A stretch of 64,000 nt of DNA from Spirochaetia bacterium (GCA_965243545.1 OZ251573.1:2246093-2310092), one strand, 5' to 3'; shown: positions 16,949 to 27,612, counted from the stretch's first letter. A program made the numbers and translations. The notes: a model not told the origin generated them from the letters alone.

Positions 16949-18178
16949 ATGAAGCCGGAACGGCTCGACCGGGAGCGCGACGTGACGTCGATCCGCCGCA
17001 CGTGGCGGGAGGTAGGCTGGATCGACGAGGACGAGCAGGAGCAGGCGCTCGACGTCATGCTCCGGCGCTTCGACGGCTGGGTGGCGCGCATCGACGGCGA
17101 CGCCGAGTGTTGCGTGCTCGCCTCCTCCGGCTCGATGCGCTACCGGGAAGAGGACCTGCGCTTCGGCGGCGTGATGGCGGTATCGACCAGCCGGGTCGCC
17201 CGCCGGCAGGGGTTGGCCGGCCGGGTCACGGCCGCGGCCCTGGCGGAGGCGGCCGGCAAGGGGATGGCGGTCGCCGGCCTGGGGATGTTCGAGCAGGGGT
17301 TCTACGACCGGCTCGGCTTTGGGAGCATGCCGTACGCCATCAACCTCAACTTCGACCCGGCCAAGCTGCGCGCGCCGGTCCGCTGCCGCCCGCCGCGCCG
17401 GCTGGGCGCCGACGAAGCCGCGCAGATGCACGCCAACCGCCGCGCGCGGATGCGCGGGCACGGCTCGGTCGTCTTTGACGATGCGGCGGTGACCGAGTCG
17501 GACGCGCGCATGGACAAGGCCGGCTTCGGGCTCGGCTATTTCGAGGACGGCCGGCTGACCCATCACCTCTACGGCCACGCCAAGGAGGAGAAGGGGCCGT
17601 GGTCGATCTGGTGGATGGCCTACCGGACCGGCGCCGAGCTGCAGGAGCTGCTGGCGCTGATCGCCGGCCTGTCGGATCAGTTCCACCAGGTGCGGATGAC
17701 GGAGCCCGTGCACGTGCAGCTGCAGGACCTGCTCGACGCGCCGCTACGCGGCCTGATGGCCACCCGGAGCGCCCGGCACGAGCAGCGCTTCGACGTCGAG
17801 TCGTGGCAGCAGGTCCGCATCCTGGACCTGCCGCGGTGCATCGCCGCTGCCCGGACGCCGCGGCCGGTCCGCTTCAACCTGACCCTGTCCGATCCGGTGG
17901 AGCGCTATCTGGCCGCAGACGAGGCGGCGGCCGGCGGCTGGTGCGGGATCGCCGGCGAGTACGCGGTCGAGCTGGCGGAGGCGTCACGGGCCGAGCGCGG
18001 CCACCGCGCCGGACTGCCGGAGCTGCGCGCGTCGGCCGGCGCGTTTTCGCGCCTGTGGGCCGGCGTGCGGCCGGCCACCTCGCTGGCGCTCACCGACGAC
18101 CTGACCGGGCCGGCGGAGCTGCTGACGGCCCTGGACCGGGCGGCCCCGCCGACGCCGCGGTTCGACTGGGGTTTCTGA
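16949..18178 (+). CDS. GNAT acetyltransferase, Eis-like three-domain architecture
   Basis: VMAVSTSRVARRQGLAGRV is an acetyl-CoA-binding R-x-x-G-x-A motif. The ~400 aa size and the C-terminal region are consistent with Eis/SCP2-type GNATs. Confidence 0.5.
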   Translation: MKPERLDRERDVTSIRRTWREVGWIDEDEQEQALDVMLRRFDGWVARIDGDAECCVLASSGSMRYREEDLRFGGVMAVSTSRVARRQGLAGRVTAAALAEAAGKGMAVAGLGMFEQGFYDRLGFGSMPYAINLNFDPAKLRAPVRCRPPRRLGADEAAQMHANRRARMRGHGSVVFDDAAVTESDARMDKAGFGLGYFEDGRLTHHLYGHAKEEKGPWSIWWMAYRTGAELQELLALIAGLSDQFHQVRMTEPVHVQLQDLLDAPLRGLMATRSARHEQRFDVESWQQVRILDLPRCIAAARTPRPVRFNLTLSDPVERYLAADEAAAGGWCGIAGEYAVELAEASRAERGHRAGLPELRASAGAFSRLWAGVRPATSLALTDDLTGPAELLTALDRAAPPTPRFDWGF

Positions 18179-18332
18179 CCTCCGGCCGGCATACTCGGTC
18201 ATGCCCGGACTCCCCGGCCGCTTGCGCAACGGTTCCCGGATCGGTACCATCGCGCAGGTTTTCTCGACCATCGTCCCCGCACGGACGAAACATCACAGGA
18301 GGCAGGTATGACCAAACATCGGCCAGGTATGG

Positions 18333-19016
18333 GTGTATACGCCGCCGCTCGACGAGTACCCGGCAGCCTTGACCGATCCTCGGTACATGGCCGACCTGAG
18401 CATTCATTACGGCGCGGACATCTTCCCGATATCGAGCCATCGGACCGGCATCACCACCAATGCGGAGCAGCCGGACCGGGCGTGGCGGGTGCTCGAAGCG
18501 TTCGCGTCCGATGAGCTGTGGGACATCATCGCCTGGGGCCGGGAAGGCAAGGAATACACGGTGGAGAGCGGCAACCGCATGGCGACCGACCGGCTCTATC
18601 TGCGCGACCTGGACGACGCCGATTCCCACTACTGGACGCTGCATCTGGGCGTCATCAGCGGCTTCTGGCCGACGCAGGTCAAGTACGCGGTGCAGGCCGC
18701 CCGCTACCCGGTGGAGTGGCGGCGAGCCTACGACAGCGCGCAGTGGCTGATGGACAAGGACCGGGAGGCCGGCCTCAACTACCTTTCGTTCATACCCACG
18801 GACCCGGAGGTGAGCAGGAAGGCCGGCGAGGTCAACCCGTTCATCAGCGCCGCCATCGCCAAGGCGATCTCCGGCCAGATCACCCTGGAGGAGTTCGATG
18901 ACGAGGTGGCGAAGTTCCAGCAGGAGTTCGGCTTCATCTACGATTACCAGACCCGGTACGTGCAGGAGCACCGGGACGACCTGCGCGCCAAGAACGTCAG
19001 GATGGTCGATTGGTAG
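18333..19016 (+). pseudogene. C-terminal fragment of an ABC transporter extracellular solute-binding protein
   Basis: The 227 aa ending ...AISGQITLEEFDDEVAKFQQEFG resemble the C-terminal half of LplA/family-1 sugar-binding lipoproteins. There is no signal peptide or N-terminal half upstream, although two cognate permease genes follow. Confidence 0.5.
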
Positions 19017-19109
19017 CGGTTGGTGAACCGGCCGGCCCGGAGGAGTAGCACCTAGACCGGGAGGGGCGCGCGCGCCCCTCCTCAACCGGCAGGAGAGGCA
19101 GCGAACGCG

Positions 19110-20048
19110 ATGGCGGAAGCGGCAACGGCGGCGGCGATCCTGCCGGCGTCACGGCGGAAGATCACGAAGCGGACGCTTTCGCTGTTCGCGCTGTTCCTGC
19201 CGGCGGCGGTCATACTGTTCCTGTTCAACTACGTGCCGATCTACGGCATCATCATCTCGTTCAAGGACTTCACGCCGTACCGCGGCATCCTGGGCAGCGC
19301 CTGGGCCGGGCTCGACCACTTCCGGTTCTTCCTTGCCGATCCGCGGTTCTGGAACGTGGTCAGGAACACCCTCTACGTCAGCCTGTTCGACATCCTGATC
19401 GGCTTTCCCGCTCCCATCGTCTTCGCGTTGCTGGCCAACGAGATCTCGAACAAGGCGTTCAAGCGGGCCAGCCAGACCGTATCGTACCTGCCGCACTTCG
19501 TCTCATGGGTGGTGGTGTACGGCATCATGTATCAGCTGCTCTCCCCGCTGCACGGCATGCTGAACAAGCTGATCGTGCTGTTCGGCGCCGATCCCGTGCA
19601 CTTCCTGGGGCGCGTCGACCTGTTTCGGCCGCTGGTGGTCACCCTGGAGGTGTGGAAGAACATGGGCTGGGGAGCGATCCTGTATTTCGCGGCCCTGACC
19701 AGCATCGACTCCGACCTGTACGAGGCGGCGTACATCGACGGCGCCAGCCGCCTGCGCATGGTCTTTTCCGTCACGCTTCCCGGGCTGCTGCCGGTGATCA
19801 GTTTGTTGTTGATCTTCCGCATCTCCCGCCTGTTCCTGGTCGAGTTCGAGCGCATCTTCGTCTTCGCCAACCCGCTCAACTACGAGGTCTCCGACGTGCT
19901 GGCCGTCTATATCTACCGGCTGGGGCTGGTGCAGCAGCAGTACGGCCTGACCGCGGCGATCGGCCTGGCGCAATCGGTCATCGCGTTCGCGTTGCTGTTC
20001 GCCGCGCACAAGGCGGCGCGCCGGCTCACCGGCGCCGGGCTCTGGTAA
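19110..20048 (+). CDS. sugar ABC transporter permease (LplB-like)
   Basis: Multiple TM segments and the EAA loop EAAYIDGASRLRMVFSVTLP. Confidence 0.8.
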   Translation: MAEAATAAAILPASRRKITKRTLSLFALFLPAAVILFLFNYVPIYGIIISFKDFTPYRGILGSAWAGLDHFRFFLADPRFWNVVRNTLYVSLFDILIGFPAPIVFALLANEISNKAFKRASQTVSYLPHFVSWVVVYGIMYQLLSPLHGMLNKLIVLFGADPVHFLGRVDLFRPLVVTLEVWKNMGWGAILYFAALTSIDSDLYEAAYIDGASRLRMVFSVTLPGLLPVISLLLIFRISRLFLVEFERIFVFANPLNYEVSDVLAVYIYRLGLVQQQYGLTAAIGLAQSVIAFALLFAAHKAARRLTGAGLW

Positions 20049-20059
20049 GGTCCGGTTCC

Positions 20060-20956
20060 ATGGTCGGCTCGCTCCGCTATCGATCCGTTTCGCGGCGCAT
20101 CTTCGAGGTGTTCCTCTACCTGGGGTTCATCCTGCTGTGTCTCTGCATCGTCCTGCCGTTCATGCACGTGGCGGCGGTCTCGTTGAGCAGCAAGAGCGCC
20201 ATCCTCAAGAATCAGGTGACCATCTTCCCGGTCGAACTCTACACCAGAGCGTATGACATCATCCTGACCAGCCGGCTGTTTCTGACCAGTCTGACGAACA
20301 CGGTCTTGCTGACCGTGATCAATACCCTGGTGGCCATACTGATCGCGGTGAGCGCCGCCTACGCGCTGGCCAACAAGCACTTCTTCGGCATGCGGGCGGC
20401 GCTGGTCTACACGTTGATCCCGTTGTACTTCTCCGGCGGTCTGATCCCCTTCTATCTGATCGTGAACTCCTACGGGCTCAACAACACCAGGCTGGCCCTC
20501 ATGCTCCCGTATCTGGTCGACCCGTTTCTGATCATCGTCTTTCGCAACGCCATCGTGCGGTTGCCGCAGGAGATCACGGAATCGGCGGAAGTCGACGGCG
20601 CGTCCGAGTTCACCATCCTGTTCCGCATCGTCTTCGCGCTCATCGCGCCGATGGTGGCCGCCTTTACCATCTTCACGGCGGTGTTCTACTGGAACATGTG
20701 GTTTCCGGTGCTGATCTTCATCCGCGACAAGTGGAAGTGGACGCTGCAGTACATGCTCCGTGACATCTACACCAATCCGTTGATCGGCGGCGGGCAGCTG
20801 GACGTCGGCAACGTGGTCGAGGACCTCGACAACATCCTGCCGCAGAATCTGATCAACGCCGCCATCGTCTGCACGGTCGTGCCGGTCGTCATCATCTATC
20901 CGTTCCTGCAGCGGTTCTTCATCCACGGCGTCATCGTGGGCGCCGTCAAGGGTTAG
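20060..20956 (+). CDS. carbohydrate ABC transporter permease (LplC-like)
   Basis: The real start is ATG 20060 (MVGSLRYRS) inside the over-extended track ORF 19505..20956. TM-rich, with the EAA loop ESAEVDGASEFTILFRIVF. Confidence 0.8.
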   Translation: MVGSLRYRSVSRRIFEVFLYLGFILLCLCIVLPFMHVAAVSLSSKSAILKNQVTIFPVELYTRAYDIILTSRLFLTSLTNTVLLTVINTLVAILIAVSAAYALANKHFFGMRAALVYTLIPLYFSGGLIPFYLIVNSYGLNNTRLALMLPYLVDPFLIIVFRNAIVRLPQEITESAEVDGASEFTILFRIVFALIAPMVAAFTIFTAVFYWNMWFPVLIFIRDKWKWTLQYMLRDIYTNPLIGGGQLDVGNVVEDLDNILPQNLINAAIVCTVVPVVIIYPFLQRFFIHGVIVGAVKG

Positions 20957-20969
20957 CCGGAGGTCGGGG

Positions 20970-23360
20970 TCAACCGGCTTTGGGCCGGAACCAAAGCAAC
21001 CGCCACGCGTACCGGTCGAGCGCGTCGCGCAACGGCGCAGGGTTTCGTTCGAAGGCGTCGACGATCGATACGCCGGACCGATCCAGACCCAGCAGCCGCC
21101 AGTCCACGCTGATGGCATACGGCGTCCGCGTGCGATTGAGGTTGGCGACCACGGCGAGCACGCCGTTCTGCGGATGCCGGTAGAGGCTCACGTAGATGCC
21201 GGCGGCGCCGGCGCGGACGTAGTCCCGATTCCGCCAGTACGGCAGCCACTCGGCCCCGCCGCGGTCGAAGTCGTCCATCAGCCGCCAGATGCGCGAGGCC
21301 AGGTCGAGCTCCGCCAGTCCGCTCCGATTGAGCGGCCGCACCGGCACGTCATGAATCAGGGTGATGGCCCACGCCTGCTCATAGGTGAATCCCTGACCGT
21401 AGCAGAGGAACTCTGCCGGCAGACCCCATTGGCGGCCCATGAACTCGGCGCGGAACGCGTCGAGCGGGAGCTCCTGCGCCGCGTCCTCGCTCCCCCGGAC
21501 GTCCTGGAACTGCTCTCCGTCCCAGTACGAGGTGCCGAAGCCGAGCGTCGGCATCACCATGCACGTCGAGTTGTGCACGTTGATCTGCCCGTCGGGCTTG
21601 CGTTTCATGACCGCGTTGTGGATGCGGCGCATGGCGCTACGGACGCCGAAGATGGGATACGACTTGGCGATCGAGCCGTCCGGCCGTACGCTGCCGCATC
21701 CATGCAGCGTGTTGATGCATCCGGCCGGGAATTCGGTGCCGTCCAGGTACACGCCGTCGATCCCGAATTCGTCCATGGCCCGAGCGATGGAGTCGGCGAC
21801 GAAGTCCTGCCACTCGCTGTTGAGGCAGACCACCCACGCCGACTGATCGGACTGCGGCCGCGTATGAAACACCGGGTAACCGTACCGGGGCATGGTGACG
21901 CAGCGATCGCCGAAGTCCCGCCACTCGGGCGCCGCGCCGGAGATGAGGAACCCGTAGTACAGCAGGATCTCCAGACCGCGTTCATGGCACGCCCGGACCA
22001 GGTCGCGCAGCAGCCGGCGGTCGACCGGAATGGTGTGTGACTCGACGTCGGTCCAGAACTCATGCAGCACCACGGTCCGTACGCCGGCGTCCGCGCACCG
22101 GTCCAGAAACCACGGCTCCAAGGTGAGGGGCGCGGTGAAGCCGGCGCCGGGCGGATCCGGTCCGATATGCAGGAAGCGCCGATCCCACGCGCCGTGCCGC
22201 GCCGCCTTGACCGGCGTAGCCTGCAGGCCGAAGGTGTACCGTAGGGGCTGGTAGCGCTCCGCGCGCCGGCCCGTCGCCGCCGCGTCCCTGACCGCGGCGT
22301 TTTCCAGTTCCGGGGCGGTGCTCCACGCCGCCGGACGTTGCGACTCCGGCGCCAACCGCAACGGCGAAGAGACCAGATGCAGGGTGAGCGCCACGGTATC
22401 ACCGTCGCGAACGATCTCCGTACCGGGCGCACCCGGCGCTACGTGCCGGTCCCGGTCGGACTCGGCGAACCAGGCGAGCCCGCGTTCTTCGTCGCCCAAC
22501 CAGACGTACGGCCGAAACCCCATCTTCACCGGATCGGCAGGCAACGCGCCGGCGTTGCGGGCGGTGCCCCATGCGCCCGGAAAGTGATACAGGTATGCGG
22601 CGTGCTCGGCGCGGATGCGGATGTCGATCGACAACGCATCCAGGTCGACGACGCCGGCCGGGGAGACTTCGACGTCGAAGCGGATCATGCCGTCGAATTC
22701 GATCTGCGCCCAAACGTGTACGCCGAGATTCGCCGCCGTCATTCGCTGTTCCAGCACCACCTCGCCGGCGCCGGCGGCTACCTGATCGATCCGCTCCGCG
22801 GTGAAACGGAGCGGCCCGGCGCCTGCGGCGCCCGCCAAACGCACCGGCGCAGCGAGCATCCGCCCTCCCGCCGCGGTCACCGATTCGAGCAGCGATCCCG
22901 GCGCGAACCGGTAGCTGCGGCCCCAACAGGAGACGGTGCGCCGCCCGCCGGCGTCCGCGGCGGTCTCAAGGGGTGTCCAGGACGCGGGCGCTTCCGCGTC
23001 GAGCCCGGCGCGGGAACGCCACCAGCCGGGTGCATGCGGCGGGGTGGCGCTCTGCAGGAGCTGCGTGGGACACTCGCGGCCCCACCGGTCCACGAACAGC
23101 GCCTGCAGCTCGCAGCTGCCGGCCGGGACGCGGTCCAGATCGAACACGACCTCGTCGTTCGAGGGGTCGCCAAGATCGTCGATGCGGGTCCGCAGAAACG
23201 ATTCGCGCCGCTGGCGGTGCCAGACCCACAGATCGACCGCAGCCCCGCCGGCGGCGAACGCGTCGCCGACCGGCGCCACGGTCACGAGCAGTTTCCCGCC
23301 ATCGAAGCGGGTGTGCGCGCGCAGGGTGATCGGGCGTGGGGAGTTCCGCGTAGCTTGCAT
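20970..23360 (-). CDS. large hypothetical protein, possibly glycoside-hydrolase-like
   Basis: A 796-aa ORF with non-degenerate, Trp/Tyr-rich composition (VVLHEFWTDVE, LEILLYYGF, YLDGTEFP) next to sugar permeases. The function is inferred only from context. Confidence 0.4.
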   Translation of the reverse strand: MQATRNSPRPITLRAHTRFDGGKLLVTVAPVGDAFAAGGAAVDLWVWHRQRRESFLRTRIDDLGDPSNDEVVFDLDRVPAGSCELQALFVDRWGRECPTQLLQSATPPHAPGWWRSRAGLDAEAPASWTPLETAADAGGRRTVSCWGRSYRFAPGSLLESVTAAGGRMLAAPVRLAGAAGAGPLRFTAERIDQVAAGAGEVVLEQRMTAANLGVHVWAQIEFDGMIRFDVEVSPAGVVDLDALSIDIRIRAEHAAYLYHFPGAWGTARNAGALPADPVKMGFRPYVWLGDEERGLAWFAESDRDRHVAPGAPGTEIVRDGDTVALTLHLVSSPLRLAPESQRPAAWSTAPELENAAVRDAAATGRRAERYQPLRYTFGLQATPVKAARHGAWDRRFLHIGPDPPGAGFTAPLTLEPWFLDRCADAGVRTVVLHEFWTDVESHTIPVDRRLLRDLVRACHERGLEILLYYGFLISGAAPEWRDFGDRCVTMPRYGYPVFHTRPQSDQSAWVVCLNSEWQDFVADSIARAMDEFGIDGVYLDGTEFPAGCINTLHGCGSVRPDGSIAKSYPIFGVRSAMRRIHNAVMKRKPDGQINVHNSTCMVMPTLGFGTSYWDGEQFQDVRGSEDAAQELPLDAFRAEFMGRQWGLPAEFLCYGQGFTYEQAWAITLIHDVPVRPLNRSGLAELDLASRIWRLMDDFDRGGAEWLPYWRNRDYVRAGAAGIYVSLYRHPQNGVLAVVANLNRTRTPYAISVDWRLLGLDRSGVSIVDAFERNPAPLRDALDRYAWRLLWFRPKAG

Positions 23361-23410
23361 GACGCCGCCGCTTTGGTATCAGATTGCCCGCGTAAGGGCA
23401 AGCTCATCAC

Positions 23411-23986
23411 GTGGCGTACTTCAAGAAGATCGTCGGCGAACGGTGTTACCTGTCGCCGATAGACCCGGACGACGCGCCCCTGACGGCGGCGTGGATCAAC
23501 GACCCGGAGGTGGCCGCCGGCGTCACCCTGGCGCGGAACATCATCAACGCCGCGCAGGAACGCGATACGCTGGTGTCGCTCGCCGCCCGGCCGTACCACT
23601 TCGCCATCGTCGCGCAGGACGGGGACGCGCTGCTCGGCATCTGCGGCATCGAGGACGTGAGCGCCATCGACCGCACCGGCGAGCTCGGCACCATGATCGG
23701 CGACAAGCGCTTCTGGGACCGCGGCTTCGGCGCCGAAGCCGTGCGGCTGCTGCTCCGCTTCGCGTTCCTGACGCTCAACCTCAACAACATCCGCCTTACC
23801 GTCCACGCGTTCAACGAGCGGGCGATCCGGTGCTACCGGAAGTGCGGCTTCAAGCGGTGCGGCTACTGGCCCGACTCCTGGTACCACGACGGCGCCCTGC
23901 ACGGCACCGTCACCATGTATCTGCTCCGCGCGGACTTCCGGGAGGCGCCACCCTCCCCCGCGCCGCCCGGCTCGACCGGAGAGTGA
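23411..23986 (+). CDS. GNAT family N-acetyltransferase (RimJ/RimL-like)
   Basis: IGDKRFWDRGFGAEAVRLLLRFAF contains the Q/R-x-x-G-x-G/A motif. Size 191 aa. Confidence 0.7.
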   Translation: MAYFKKIVGERCYLSPIDPDDAPLTAAWINDPEVAAGVTLARNIINAAQERDTLVSLAARPYHFAIVAQDGDALLGICGIEDVSAIDRTGELGTMIGDKRFWDRGFGAEAVRLLLRFAFLTLNLNNIRLTVHAFNERAIRCYRKCGFKRCGYWPDSWYHDGALHGTVTMYLLRADFREAPPSPAPPGSTGE

Positions 23987-23989
23987 GCG

Positions 23990-25075
23990 ATGGCAACTGA
24001 AACGCTGACCGCCGCCGTGATCGGCTGCGGCCGCCTGGGCCAGCATTACGCGACCGTCTATGCGGCGCGGCCCGACACCAGGTTGGTGGCGATCGCCGAC
24101 GCCAACCCGGAGCGGCGGCGCGTCGTGGGGGAGCGCTTCGGCGTATCCCGCGTGTTCGCCGATGCGCGCGCGCTGTTCGCCGACGTCACGCCGGACGTCG
24201 CCGCCGTGGTGCTGCCGGTGCGCTACGTCAAGGATGCGGTGCTGGCCGCGGCCGCCGGCGGCGTGCGCGGGGTCTCCACCGACAAGCCGATCGCCGCCAC
24301 GCTGGCCGACGCCGACGCGATGGTGGATGCCTGCCGGGACGCCGGCGTGGTGTTCGCCGGCGGCAACCTGCAGCGCGCCCGCTCCGACGTGCAGGAGGCG
24401 GCGCGCTGGGTCCGGGCCGGCGAGTTCGGGCCGATCACCGGCGCGGCCGTCCACCGCTGGGGCACCGGCGAGATCTCAGGCGGCGGATGCCAGCACGTGT
24501 GCGTGCTGCGCCTGCTGACCGGTACCGAGGTCGCCGAGGTGACTGCCTGGGGCAAGCCGGAGCACAAGCTGGCCGACGACGAAGACGACGGCGGGCTGAT
24601 CGTCAACGGCCGCTTCACGATGAGCGACGGCATGGCGGTGCCGGTGTTCGGCGAAGCCACGCCGCACACCGGGGTCGATCTGTTGACCGAACGGGCGCTG
24701 ATCCGCTGGGAGTGGGACAGAACCGACGTCTACTGCGGGCAGGACGCCGCCGGCCGCCGCCTGCCGCTGGATCGACCGTTCACCCCGGTCGAGTATCCGG
24801 CGTACTCCTACCTGGGAACCTCCATCGCCTCCTTCCTGGATGCCGTCCGCACCGGCAGCCGGCCGTGGATCTCCGGGCACGACCTGCGGCAGGCGCTGGA
24901 AATGGCGATCGCCGCCAAGCGCTCCGCCGCCGCCGGCGCCGTGCCGATCACGTTGCCGCTGGCCGACCGCACCCTGACGTTGCGCCCGCGCCCCTACCGA
25001 TGGCTCGGCGGCGACGCCACCGGACGCGAGCAGAGCGCCGCCGAAGCCGCCGCGCCGTGGGCCGGCTATGAATGA
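23990..25075 (+). CDS. Gfo/Idh/MocA family oxidoreductase
   Basis: The N-terminal Rossmann motif AAVIGCGRLGQHY and the typical ~360 aa length. Confidence 0.75.
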   Translation: MATETLTAAVIGCGRLGQHYATVYAARPDTRLVAIADANPERRRVVGERFGVSRVFADARALFADVTPDVAAVVLPVRYVKDAVLAAAAGGVRGVSTDKPIAATLADADAMVDACRDAGVVFAGGNLQRARSDVQEAARWVRAGEFGPITGAAVHRWGTGEISGGGCQHVCVLRLLTGTEVAEVTAWGKPEHKLADDEDDGGLIVNGRFTMSDGMAVPVFGEATPHTGVDLLTERALIRWEWDRTDVYCGQDAAGRRLPLDRPFTPVEYPAYSYLGTSIASFLDAVRTGSRPWISGHDLRQALEMAIAAKRSAAAGAVPITLPLADRTLTLRPRPYRWLGGDATGREQSAAEAAAPWAGYE

Positions 25076-26082
25076 TCGCTCCGGCCGTCGCCGGCGCGGA
25101 AGTCGACCGCCACCTTGAGGGCGCCGTCGGCGCGCGTGCGGGCCAGGGCGTAGGCGTCGGCGGTGCGGGACGGCGGCAGCCGGTGCGAGATCAGGCCGTC
25201 GACGTCGACGTCGCCGCGCACGATCAGGTTGAGCGCCTGCTGGTACAGCGCGTTGGGGTTGCCGTCCGCGACGGAGGAGGCGCGCAGGAGCGGGCGCTTG
25301 CGGTACCACGTCTTGTAGCGGAACTCGAAGGAGTCGACCCGCGGCACGCCGAACAACAGCACCGTGCCGTTCGGCCGGACCAGCTCCATCGCCAGGTTGA
25401 TCGAATCCGGCTCCCCGGCGGCGTCGATGACGATCTGCGGCTCCACTCCGCCGGCCGCCTCCGCCACCGCCGCCGGCGCTCCGCCGCCGGCCGGGTCTAT
25501 GGTGCGGTCGGCGCCGAAGCGCAAGCCGGCGGCGCGGCGCGCCTCGGTGAGATCGATGCCGATCACGGTGCGCGCGCCCATGCGGCGCAGCATGGCGTCG
25601 AACAGCAGACCGATGCCGCCCTGACCGATCACGGCGACCGTGGCGTCAGCCACGTCGCGCAGCTTGTTGCAGCCCGAAATCACCGTGCCGAGCGGTTGCG
25701 CGACCGCCAAACGCTCGGCCGGCAGGTCCTTGCGCACCCGCACCAGACCGTCGAAGGAGATGGCGAAGCGCTCGGCCATGCCGTGGTGCGGCGACGGCGC
25801 GGCCAGCACGCGCTCGCCCGGCTCGAACGGAAAGACCGTCCTGCCCTCGTACTCGACCGCCTCGACCACGCCGACCACCTCATGGCCGCTGTGGCCGGGG
25901 GCGAGCGGATAGGCGCCGGCCGGCTGGTCATAGACGGCGCGCAGATCGCTGCCGCAGATCGAAATCAGCTCCGGCCGGACGATGGCGTGGCCGGGCGTGA
26001 GCTCCGGCTCCGGGAAGCTCTCGAACTTCACCGTCCCCGGGGACGTGACGTGGGCCGCCTGCATCATCGATGCCTCCATCAT
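25066..26082 (-). CDS. zinc-dependent alcohol/polyol dehydrogenase (MDR family)
   Basis: ICGSDL, GHSGHEVVGVV (GHE zinc motif) and VIGQGGIGL (NAD-binding GxGxxG). Confidence 0.75.
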   Translation of the reverse strand: MMEASMMQAAHVTSPGTVKFESFPEPELTPGHAIVRPELISICGSDLRAVYDQPAGAYPLAPGHSGHEVVGVVEAVEYEGRTVFPFEPGERVLAAPSPHHGMAERFAISFDGLVRVRKDLPAERLAVAQPLGTVISGCNKLRDVADATVAVIGQGGIGLLFDAMLRRMGARTVIGIDLTEARRAAGLRFGADRTIDPAGGGAPAAVAEAAGGVEPQIVIDAAGEPDSINLAMELVRPNGTVLLFGVPRVDSFEFRYKTWYRKRPLLRASSVADGNPNALYQQALNLIVRGDVDVDGLISHRLPPSRTADAYALARTRADGALKVAVDFRAGDGRSDHS

Positions 26083-26151
26083 GGACTCCTCTGTTCCTGA
26101 GTATGCCGGTGGTTCATGCGTTCACGCGCCGACCGGAAGACCCGCGCGGCC

Positions 26152-27612
26152 TCACCAGCCGCCTCCTGCGCCGGCGATCTCCAAGCCGCCGCTGAGCAGG
26201 TCGAGCTGCGCGTCGCCGTAGCGTTGCGCCTCTGCCGTGAGCAAGTCGAAGTAGCGGCGCCGCGCCCGGTCGTAACGCGGGTCGCCGGAGTCGTAGAACC
26301 GGTTGCGGAGCTCGCCCGGGTCGGCGCGCAGGTCGTACAGCTCGCATCGGTCGGTGAGATTCCACACCAGCTTCCAATCCCCGTCGGTCACCATCCGCGA
26401 CGAATAGTGACCGTACCAGTCGCCGTGATATTGCGCGAAATGGACCGGACGTGGCCACGCCGCGCGCCCGTGCGCGAAGTCGACCAGCGATTCGCCGTGC
26501 AGCGGCCCCGACCCGAAGGTGGAGACCGGCCGCCCGGCGATCAGATGCGCGGCGGTCGCAGCGACGTCGGTCAGATTGACCGGCTCCCGCTCGGCGCGGC
26601 GGGGCGCGGCGCCGGGGACGCGCAGCAGCATCGGCACGCGGTATATCTCGTCGTACATGTAGGCGCCCTTGCTGGAAAAGCCGTGCGATCCGGCCATGTC
26701 ACCGTGGTCGGCGGTGAAGACGATGGCCGTCCGCTCGTACAGTCCCAGCTCCCGCAACCGGGCGATCACCCGCCCCGCCAGATGGTCGATCAGCTCGACG
26801 TAGGAGAAGTTGCAGGCGAGCGCGCGGCGCAGCTCATCGTCGGTCCGCCGGCGGCCGGCGCCCCCCGGCCGCGCCTCCAGTGCGGCGAGTTTGCGCTGAT
26901 AGATCGGCTTGCCGGCGAAGTCGTCGAAGCGGTTGGGCCACAGCGGCACGTCGTCCGGGTCGTAGCGCAGCCCGAACTCCTCCGGCACCAGCCACGGGCC
27001 GTGCGGGCCGGGAAAGGCGCAGAACAGCAGGAACGGGCGGTCCGGGTCGCGGCTGCCCAGGAAGTCGCACGCGTAGCGGGCGGCGACGGCGTCCGGAAAC
27101 TCCTCGACCGGCGCGTCCACGGTGCCGGCGTGGCCCGGCTCGACGGTCCGCGCCATCGGCCAGTAGTCGGCCGACGGGTGCCACTGCGTGTCGGTCAGGA
27201 ACGGCGGCTCCGGCCCCTCCTGCGTGCCCGGCCGTTGCGTCCGCTCGAACGCGCCGGCAAACAGGTCCTGGGCCGGCCCGACGTGCCACTTGCCGAAGTA
27301 CGCGGTCTGGCAATCGGTCCGGGCGGCGGCCCAGTCCTGGATGGCGCGCACCGCCGGCGGCAGATGCCGGCAGTAGGAGTACTCTGGGGTCGTGTTGTTG
27401 AAGACGTGATGGCCGTGCGGGTAGAGACCGGTGAGCAGGCTGGCGCGCGCCGGCGAGCAGATCGCCACCGGCGTGTAGCCGCGGTCGAAGACGACCGACT
27501 CGGCCGCCAGCGCGTCGAGGTGGGGCGTGCGCACCAGCCGGTTGCCGTAGCAGCCGAGCAGGTCGCGGCGGAGCTGGTCGCAGAACATCACCAGCACGTT
27601 GGTCGCGCTCAT
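26152..27612 (-). CDS. sulfatase (formylglycine-dependent)
   Basis: VAICSPARASLLTGLYPHGH contains the C-x-P-x-R sulfatase signature. TADHGD lies downstream. Confidence 0.85.
   Translation of the reverse strand: MSATNVLVMFCDQLRRDLLGCYGNRLVRTPHLDALAAESVVFDRGYTPVAICSPARASLLTGLYPHGHHVFNNTTPEYSYCRHLPPAVRAIQDWAAARTDCQTAYFGKWHVGPAQDLFAGAFERTQRPGTQEGPEPPFLTDTQWHPSADYWPMARTVEPGHAGTVDAPVEEFPDAVAARYACDFLGSRDPDRPFLLFCAFPGPHGPWLVPEEFGLRYDPDDVPLWPNRFDDFAGKPIYQRKLAALEARPGGAGRRRTDDELRRALACNFSYVELIDHLAGRVIARLRELGLYERTAIVFTADHGDMAGSHGFSSKGAYMYDEIYRVPMLLRVPGAAPRRAEREPVNLTDVAATAAHLIAGRPVSTFGSGPLHGESLVDFAHGRAAWPRPVHFAQYHGDWYGHYSSRMVTDGDWKLVWNLTDRCELYDLRADPGELRNRFYDSGDPRYDRARRRYFDLLTAEAQRYGDAQLDLLSGGLEIAGAGGGW

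Noticed and set aside
11733-17091. Very long ORFs 11733..15197 (+, 1154 aa) and 13840..17091 (-, 1083 aa) overlapping the PglW-like and M14 peptidase genes.
   Set aside because: Their translations are Arg/Gly/Ala/Pro-rich with no motifs. They lie antisense to ORFs that carry clear kinase (HRDLKPDN) and M14 (HxxE) signatures. They are typical high-GC shadow ORFs.
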